The notes beneath the pieces are model-generated. The model had not been told where the DNA came from and ran no database searches. It was given only the letters and a program-made list of their open reading frames with translations. A DNA stretch of 64,000 nt from Candidatus Latescibacterota bacterium (lineage in GTDB: Bacteria > Latescibacterota > UBA2968 > GCA-2709665). This document shows positions 57,839 through 64,000 of this stretch, piece by piece. How positions within the stretch are numbered: position 1 is the first letter of the stretch; every line of letters starts with the position of its first letter. A program made the translations under genes and the position numbers. The stretch covers positions 1,184,001 to 1,248,000 of the forward strand of contig OZ242358.1 of assembly GCA_965208835.1 (NCBI GenBank), in the 5' to 3' direction.

Positions 57839-58810
57839 CTAGAGCTTGTCCGGATCGAAGATGCCTTTCTGCGTGTCCACGACCCGCTCGGATCTGGTTT
57901 TGAACATCGTGCCAGCCGGATAGTAGCCGGCCTTGACGTAGGCGAGGCCGTAGGAGATGCACATTGGCCCCAGCAATGTTCCGGGATCCGTTAGGGAGTC
58001 ACAGGCCAGCTGCGTCCTGTCGCCGAGAACGACGCCCATTTTGGATCCCCCCAGGTCGTACCATTTGTCATTAATCTCGACCTTCAGGTTGACGCGCTTG
58101 TCGCGTTCACGGACGCCCTGGATAATACCCAGATTCGCGGCCGTGGCCTGGTTGCCGAAGTGGGTGGCGTACCCGCAGAGGCTGTCGCCAAGATACGAGG
58201 GATGGGGGAAGTTGGCCTCGTCGAGCATGAGGACGTTCTTGAGTTCTCCCCGGATGGCATTGTCACCGTGTTTCTTGTGGCCGCCCAGAACGATATTGCC
58301 CCGGAGATAGGCGCCCTGCCGGATGTCGTTATTCGGGCCGATAATTGTGGGACCCTTGACGCCCGCTGTCGGCTCGATTACGGCGCCGGAGCCGACGTAG
58401 ATGTCCCCGCCGTCGAGGTAAATCACGGCGCCGACCACCCTTGCGCCATTCGCGACGTATAGCGTATGGCCCTCGCCGTCGAGGGAACCGTGTACGAAGA
58501 GCGGTTCGCACACGCCCCCGGGCTCGACCAGCACCGTGTAGCTCCCGACGCCCGTCAGGCCGGTGCGTTCTTCCACGCCCTCAGCCGAACCGATTTTTTC
58601 GGCCAGCCAGTCCCTGGCGTATTTTTCGATGCCGTCTTTGCCGATGAGATCCACGACCGACCTTGCGCCGTCGACCAGGGCGCGATGCTCGAACGGGTAT
58701 CTTTCGAGGTCGAAGAAGTTGGAAGGTCTCAACTCGGCCGGGACCTCTTCCGCCGCCAGTTCGGTAACGATGACCGGATTGTCCTTCGTGCCGGTTCCGT
58801 TAATGGCCAT
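57839..58810 (-). CDS. Left-handed beta-helix (GlmU C-terminal-like) acyltransferase
   Basis: Hexapeptide repeats, GPTIIG..NDIRQGAYLRG, H.SYLGDS, K.GVVLGD; no nucleotidyltransferase domain. Confidence 0.72.
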   Translation of the reverse strand: MAINGTGTKDNPVIVTELAAEEVPAELRPSNFFDLERYPFEHRALVDGARSVVDLIGKDGIEKYARDWLAEKIGSAEGVEERTGLTGVGSYTVLVEPGGVCEPLFVHGSLDGEGHTLYVANGARVVGAVIYLDGGDIYVGSGAVIEPTAGVKGPTIIGPNNDIRQGAYLRGNIVLGGHKKHGDNAIRGELKNVLMLDEANFPHPSYLGDSLCGYATHFGNQATAANLGIIQGVRERDKRVNLKVEINDKWYDLGGSKMGVVLGDRTQLACDSLTDPGTLLGPMCISYGLAYVKAGYYPAGTMFKTRSERVVDTQKGIFDPDKL

Positions 58811-58813
58811 TGC

Positions 58814-59761
58814 CTATTCCTTTCTGCATTCCGCGATTTTCTCGAGGGTTTGATCGTGCAGGTCCTGTGTCCGGCTCACCAGAACGTCGAAGACGGTCTC
58901 GTAATCTTCCGTGGGCTTCGCCACTTCGTTTCCGTTGAAATCGGAGACGATCAGGCCGGCCTGTTCGGCAATTGCAATACCTGAGAAGACGTCGACGTAG
59001 GGCTGCTGTCTGGCAAAATAGACGTCGATCTGCCCCGCCGCGGCCTCTGCAAAAGCGTACGGGCCGCCATTGGGATGGAGCATCTTGAACGCATCGATGA
59101 CGGGTCTGTATTCATCGATGAGCGGCATGAGGAACTTGGCCGGTTTGAGGAGGTATGATTCCACACACGCGTCACCCACGTCGGAGGCGGGTTCTCCGTG
59201 CCGTTCCTTTCGATAGCTCTCGTTCAGTCGCTCCACGCCGGTCAACGCGTTGCCGTCCAGCCTGGCCATGAACGCGCCGTTGCCGTTGGCGAAGGCAAGG
59301 TCTCTGTTGAAGACGTCGCCGGTGATGGACGTCAGGTGATTGAAGTTGGCATCGAAGAGCGCCAGGGAACTGTACTGCATGAACGGCAGCCCTCTCTTGT
59401 ACAGCCAGCTGCCGTCGAAGGGATCCGAAACGCCATAAATCTTGCTGCCTTCCTTGCCGCCGGTGAGATCCACCATACCGGCTTCCTCGGAAAGCAGCAC
59501 GACCGGATGCGTGCTCTCTTTGAGTCTCCCGATATAGGCCCCTTCCGCGGCTTCGTCTACACCGAAAATCTCGGCGTCCCAATCCTTGTAGTCGCCCTCC
59601 CGGGTCCGGATGACCACGGAACCGCTGGCATCGCCCTGCAGATCGTGAAGAATATCCAGGGTCTCCGCCACGATGGCCAGGCCCAGCGCCGTGAGGTCGT
59701 CTACATTATCGGATCTACTGAAGTTGCTGATTCTATTTTCGAAAACCTGATCGTCACCCAT
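58814..59761 (-). CDS. Inositol monophosphatase/FBPase (FIG) superfamily phosphatase
   Basis: LLSEE, SDPFDGS, AAGQID, YVDV...IAEQAG..VSDFNG. Confidence 0.82.
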   Translation of the reverse strand: MGDDQVFENRISNFSRSDNVDDLTALGLAIVAETLDILHDLQGDASGSVVIRTREGDYKDWDAEIFGVDEAAEGAYIGRLKESTHPVVLLSEEAGMVDLTGGKEGSKIYGVSDPFDGSWLYKRGLPFMQYSSLALFDANFNHLTSITGDVFNRDLAFANGNGAFMARLDGNALTGVERLNESYRKERHGEPASDVGDACVESYLLKPAKFLMPLIDEYRPVIDAFKMLHPNGGPYAFAEAAAGQIDVYFARQQPYVDVFSGIAIAEQAGLIVSDFNGNEVAKPTEDYETVFDVLVSRTQDLHDQTLEKIAECRKE

Positions 59762-59848
59762 TCGTGAACCCTTCGGCGTAAAGTGTTTAAATTTAGGTTT
59801 TTACGAGACAAATTGGACTCGTATAAGTACTGGATCGAACAGTCAATG

Positions 59849-59877
59849 AGTATACCATATTCCACCGGGTATGTCAA
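59849..59877 (-). promoter_or_regulatory. Near-consensus sigma70 promoter for the IMPase-LbH-kinase operon
   Basis: Minus strand TTGACA-N17-TATACT with TG extended -10. Confidence 0.78.
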
Positions 59878-59940
59878 GCCAAAACATATTGCGGAACGGT
59901 TGCGCGGGTGTTATCGTTAGTCGAAAGCAAAACCTTAAGA

Positions 59941-60068
59941 GCGGGAAGACGTGAGAGGGGAGAGGGTAGAGATCGCATGCCGAAAAGGGGTTCTCTTTAT
60001 GTCGCAGGCAAGACGGAGGAACATATCGGCAAGGGCATCTTCTCCCGGCTCACCTCTACCGTCTACCC
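59941..60068 (-). repeat. Intergenic repeat family D, copy 2
   Basis: Reverse-complement homolog of 51575-51703; further TCTC-type heptamers extend to ~60103. Confidence 0.75.
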
Positions 60069-60176
60069 GCATTTCTTCTACCGTCTCACGTCTCGCATCT
60101 CACTGCATCGCGTAAAGGACACGGGAATGGGAGACTTTATGGTTGTCGGGAGATTCTAAACGGAAAAGGAGTAACA

Positions 60177-61340
60177 ATGGTTCTTCGCGGGAAGATTGTA
60201 GGCACGGAAACACCCGTGTCGGTATCTATTGAAGACGGACTGATCGCGGGCATCGAAGACGAGGGACCCGCGGAATTCGGAGGCGACGACGTGTGGATTT
60301 CGCCCGGGATATTCGACGTCCAGGTCAATGGCGCCGGCGGGATCAACTACAGTTCCGGAGACCTGACGGTGGAGCGCGTGCTCCAGGCCAGCGAGTGGCC
60401 GTACCGGGCGGGAACCGCGCTGTTCTGTCCCACGGTCACGACCTCTCCGGCGGAGCAGGCGATTGCGGGATTGCGGACGCTGGCCCGGGCGTGCGAGCAG
60501 TCGGCTGCCGCGAAAGCGTCATTCGTCGGTTTCCACGTGGAAGGGCCGTACATCGCGTCCGAAGACGGGCCGAGGGGGGCGCATCCCCTCGAACATACGC
60601 GGGACCCGGACTGGGACGAGTTCCGCCGCTACCAGGACGCCGCGGGCGGCCGGATCAGAATTCTGACCCTCGCGCCCGAACGGGAGGGATCGCTGGCCTT
60701 TATCGAGAAGGCCGCGGAGGCCGGTGTCATCGTGGCTCTGGGGCATACGGGCGCCAGCCGTGCGCGGATACGTGAAGCCGTGGCGGCCGGAGCGCAGATG
60801 TCCACGCACCTGGGCAACGGGGCGCACGCGGAGATTCCGCGCCACGACAATTATATTTGGGAGCAGCTTGCCGCGGACGAACTCTGGGCGGGAATCATCC
60901 CGGACGGGCACCATCTTCCGCCGCCCGTGCTGAAGAGCTTCTGCAGGGCCAAGCAGAAAGCGCGCCTGTGTCTGGTCAGCGACGTGTCGTCCATCGCGGG
61001 GCTGCCGCCGGGCATCTACGGCCGGAGCTACGGAACCGACGCGGTGGAGATCCACGAGAACGGGAAGATTTCCCTGGCGGGCACGCCGTATCTGGCCGGC
61101 GCATCCCTCTTTTTGGATTACGGGATTCCCAATACGGTGGCGTATACGGATGCCGCGCTGTCCGACGCGGTGGAGATGGCGTCCATCAACCCCGCGCGGC
61201 TGCTGGGCGTAGATGACCGACTGGGACGCGTGGAACCCGGGATGGAGGCCAGCCTCACGTTGTTCCGATGGACGGATGGAGAACGCGCGCTTTTCGTCGA
61301 GGCGACGATTGTCCGGGGTGAGATTGTCCACAAGGCGTGA
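60177..61340 (+). CDS. nagA: N-acetylglucosamine-6-phosphate deacetylase
   Basis: PG.FD.QVNG.GG, FHVEGPYI...GAH, TLAPE, GHT, THLGN, DGHH, VSD, LAG. Confidence 0.85.
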   Translation: MVLRGKIVGTETPVSVSIEDGLIAGIEDEGPAEFGGDDVWISPGIFDVQVNGAGGINYSSGDLTVERVLQASEWPYRAGTALFCPTVTTSPAEQAIAGLRTLARACEQSAAAKASFVGFHVEGPYIASEDGPRGAHPLEHTRDPDWDEFRRYQDAAGGRIRILTLAPEREGSLAFIEKAAEAGVIVALGHTGASRARIREAVAAGAQMSTHLGNGAHAEIPRHDNYIWEQLAADELWAGIIPDGHHLPPPVLKSFCRAKQKARLCLVSDVSSIAGLPPGIYGRSYGTDAVEIHENGKISLAGTPYLAGASLFLDYGIPNTVAYTDAALSDAVEMASINPARLLGVDDRLGRVEPGMEASLTLFRWTDGERALFVEATIVRGEIVHKA

Positions 61341-61372
61341 CATCTCCAATTGAGGATTCGGGGGTTAGAACA

Positions 61373-63532
61373 ATGGAACGGATCCAGGGTGTCGTGGAGC
61401 GGATCACGTTTCAGAATGAGGAGAGCGGCTACACGGTTGCCAGGTTTCAGCCCGAGGGCCGGGGAGAGCCGGTGACCGTGGTTGGCAATACGCTCTCGCT
61501 GACAGCGGGCGAGTGTGTGGCCGTGAAAGGCGAATGGACAACCCACGCGAAGTTCGGCCGCCAGTTCAAGATCGAGTCTTACGAAAAAGTACATCCTTCC
61601 ACGGTTGAAGGGATGCGAAAGTACCTGGGCTCCGGGCTGATCAAGGGAATCGGACCGGTCATGGCCGGACGGATCGTGGACCATTTCGGCGCGAAAACCC
61701 TGGAGGTGATCGAGAAGGCTTCGAAGCGGCTGATTGAGGTGGAAGGGCTGGGCAGGAAGCGTGCGGGGATGATCGAGGATGCCTGGAAGGAACAGCGCGA
61801 AATTCACAATGTAATGGTGTTCCTGCAGTCGCACGACGTGGGGACGGGTCATGCCGTAAAGATCTGGAAGCAATACGGTCAGGATGCGATTTCACTGATC
61901 CAGGAGAATCCCTACCGGTTGTCGGCCGACGTGTGGGGAATCGGGTTCACAAGCGCCGACCGGATCGCACAGAAAATGGGCGTTGAGACCCACTCCGATC
62001 AACGGATCATGGCGGGAATCAGATACGTGCTGGATACGGCCGCGGAAAAAGAAGGGCACGTGTACCTGCCAAGGGAGGAACTGTCGACGGTCTGCGCCGA
62101 GACGCTGGACGTATCGCCGGATCTGGTCGCCCCGTGCATCGACGGGTTACAGGTAGCCGAGGAAGTCGTCGTGGAGGAGGACCGCATCTACGTTCCGCCG
62201 CTCTACTTTGCCGAAAAGGGCGTTGCGACGCGCGTACATGGGTTTTCCAGCATAGAGCGGATTGAAACAGGCGATATCGGCCGGGAGATCGCGGCCATCG
62301 AGAAAAGGAACGGCGTCCGGTTTGCCGCGCGGCAGAAGGTCGCCCTGGAGAAAGCCCTCGCACACAGCCTGCTGGTGCTTACGGGTGGACCGGGCACGGG
62401 CAAGACCACGACCATCAGGGGATTGATTGCCCTCTTCGAAGCGCGGGGCAAGGTGGTCGCGCTGGCGGCGCCAACGGGACGGGCGGCGAAACGCATGGCC
62501 GAAGCCACGGCGCGGGAAGCAAGTACCATCCACAGGCTGCTGAAGTTCAGTCCGGGAGAGTATAAATTCGAGAAGGACTTCAACAATCAGCTGTCCGTGG
62601 ACGCGGTGATCGTGGACGAGGTCTCGATGATGGACGTGGGATTGATGAACAGCCTGCTGCAGGCGGTGCCGCTGAGCGCGTCACTGGTGCTCGTGGGCGA
62701 CGTGGACCAGTTGCCTTCGGTAGGACCGGGGAACATCCTGAAAGATATCATCGGATCCGGAAAGGCCGAGACGGTCGCGCTCAACGAAATCTTCCGGCAG
62801 GCACGGGAGAGCCGGATCGTGACGAACGCGCACAGCATTCTGGCCGGTGAAATTCCGGAGGTGGACAACAGCCGGAAATCGGATTTCTTCTTTTCGGAGG
62901 TGGACGACCCGGAGGAGGTGGTCGACACCGTCTGCGGACTCTGCCGGAACAGGCTGCCCCGCGCCTACGGAGTTGACGCGATTGACGATATCCAGGTCCT
63001 GGCGCCCATGTACCGGGGCGAGACCGGCGCGATCAATCTGAATCAGGTGCTCCAGGAGCGGCTCAATCCGGGCGGCCGGGAACTCCTTCGCGGCGGCGTA
63101 CGCTTCCGAGAGGGAGACAAGGTGATGCAGGTGCGCAACAACTACGACAAGGACGTGTTCAACGGGGATATCGGGCGCGTGGCGACGATCGATATGACGA
63201 ATCACGCGCTGGCGGTGAGGTATCCCGAGCGGATCGTGGGGTACGACTTCACGGAGCTGGACGAGATCGTGCTGGCCTACGCCACGAGCGTCCACAAGAG
63301 CCAGGGATCGGAGTATCCGGTTGTGGTGCTGCCCCTGACCACCCAGCACTACATGATGCTGCAGAGAAACCTGCTCTACACCGCCGTCACCAGAGCGAAG
63401 AACCTCGTTGTCATCGTCGGCACGCGCAAGGCCCTGGCCATCGCTATCAAGAACAATCGGGTTGCCGACCGGTACACCTCGCTGCCCCAACGCATCCGGG
63501 CGGGGCAGAGCGACGAGGCACACAAATCTTAA
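61373..63532 (+). CDS. recD2: ATP-dependent RecD-like DNA helicase
   Basis: YL.SG.IKGIG, NPYRL, GGPGTGKTT, APTGRAAKR, DEVSM, VHKSQGSEY, RNLLYTAVTRAK. Confidence 0.95.
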   Translation: MERIQGVVERITFQNEESGYTVARFQPEGRGEPVTVVGNTLSLTAGECVAVKGEWTTHAKFGRQFKIESYEKVHPSTVEGMRKYLGSGLIKGIGPVMAGRIVDHFGAKTLEVIEKASKRLIEVEGLGRKRAGMIEDAWKEQREIHNVMVFLQSHDVGTGHAVKIWKQYGQDAISLIQENPYRLSADVWGIGFTSADRIAQKMGVETHSDQRIMAGIRYVLDTAAEKEGHVYLPREELSTVCAETLDVSPDLVAPCIDGLQVAEEVVVEEDRIYVPPLYFAEKGVATRVHGFSSIERIETGDIGREIAAIEKRNGVRFAARQKVALEKALAHSLLVLTGGPGTGKTTTIRGLIALFEARGKVVALAAPTGRAAKRMAEATAREASTIHRLLKFSPGEYKFEKDFNNQLSVDAVIVDEVSMMDVGLMNSLLQAVPLSASLVLVGDVDQLPSVGPGNILKDIIGSGKAETVALNEIFRQARESRIVTNAHSILAGEIPEVDNSRKSDFFFSEVDDPEEVVDTVCGLCRNRLPRAYGVDAIDDIQVLAPMYRGETGAINLNQVLQERLNPGGRELLRGGVRFREGDKVMQVRNNYDKDVFNGDIGRVATIDMTNHALAVRYPERIVGYDFTELDEIVLAYATSVHKSQGSEYPVVVLPLTTQHYMMLQRNLLYTAVTRAKNLVVIVGTRKALAIAIKNNRVADRYTSLPQRIRAGQSDEAHKS

Positions 63533-63858
63533 TGAACATTCCGCACGCGCCGCTCTGCGCTTTCGTCACGCAGGGCGAATCGATCAGAGACCCGGTTGAG
63601 GCACACCGAGCACCGGGTTCTTCGAACGCACAAATTGCCTGAAGATGTACGTAACTCGCAATTACCTCGGCTTCTTCAGTCGGCTGAACACTCATTAACA
63701 CGGCAGATGAGGACACCCGCAAGGGACGCCTCGTCAGTCGACGCTCCTTCCCGTTAAACTCCGCAAATTCCCGCCTTCCCGGCGCCATCCCGCACGCCCC
63801 AGTCCAGGTTTTACGACCCTGTCTCGCACTGCCTCGATCTCCAACTACCTGTAACAGA

Positions 63859-64000
63859 CTATTCAGCAGTTCCAAGGCGATAGCCGACGTTGCGTTCGCT
63901 GAAGATATACGTTGGGGCTTTTGCGTCGTCGCCCAGCTTGCGGCGGATGTTTTTAACCGTGGCGTGGACGGGTCGCCTGTCGTCGGAACGACGCCGGGTC
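63859..64000 (-). CDS. 3' end of an OmpR/PhoB-type winged-helix DNA-binding domain (partial, runs off window)
   Basis: Minus strand reads ...VHATVKNIRRKLGDDAKAPTYIFSERNVGYRLGTAE*. Confidence 0.8.
   Translation of the reverse strand, partial: TRRRSDDRRPVHATVKNIRRKLGDDAKAPTYIFSERNVGYRLGTAE

Noticed and set aside
1-64000. CRISPR array, tRNA or rRNA
   Set aside because: No regularly spaced short direct repeats and no recognisable tRNA or rRNA motifs.

Overview
GC-rich bacterial window. The gene content (PhyH, C45, ceramidase-like and Gfo/Idh/MocA enzymes, PNPFN/FlgD-type C-terminal sorting domains, a DUF6784-like fragment) suggests an FCB-group organism such as Latescibacterota/Gemmatimonadota; this is inference only. 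No rRNA, tRNA, CRISPR array or transposase was seen. Left to right: (1) 0-8.5 kb, catabolic hydrolase/oxygenase genes, then a decayed PorV-like barrel fragment. (2) 9.3-22.2 kb, a tandem array of six paralogous secreted proteins (signal peptide + two Cache-like domains + beta-sandwich + T9SS-type/FlgD sorting domain) with a conserved framework and hypervariable loops. Most units repeat the same promoter, leader and 3' hairpin; two copies carry single inactivating lesions, and two share a 100-bp identical tract. (3) A second small catabolic cluster, a hicBA-like toxin-antitoxin pair and an RND efflux operon whose TolC has an extra N-terminal domain. (4) uppP plus sugar/amino-acid catabolic genes. 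(5) 46.8-56.0 kb, a cobalamin/folate methyl-transfer cluster divergent from a GntR/FadR gene: MtaA/CmuA-like methyltransferase, corrinoid protein, RamA/RACo-like activator, MetF-MetV fusion, pterin-binding methyltransferase, homocysteine methyltransferase and three small uncharacterised proteins. (6) An IMPase-LbH-GHMP kinase operon, nagA, recD2 and the 3' end of an OmpR-type DNA-binding domain. Four families of small dispersed repeats occur; three have terminal inverted repeats and target-site duplications, one copy is nested in another, and several sit on stop codons. All calls come from motif reading by eye; no database searches were run.
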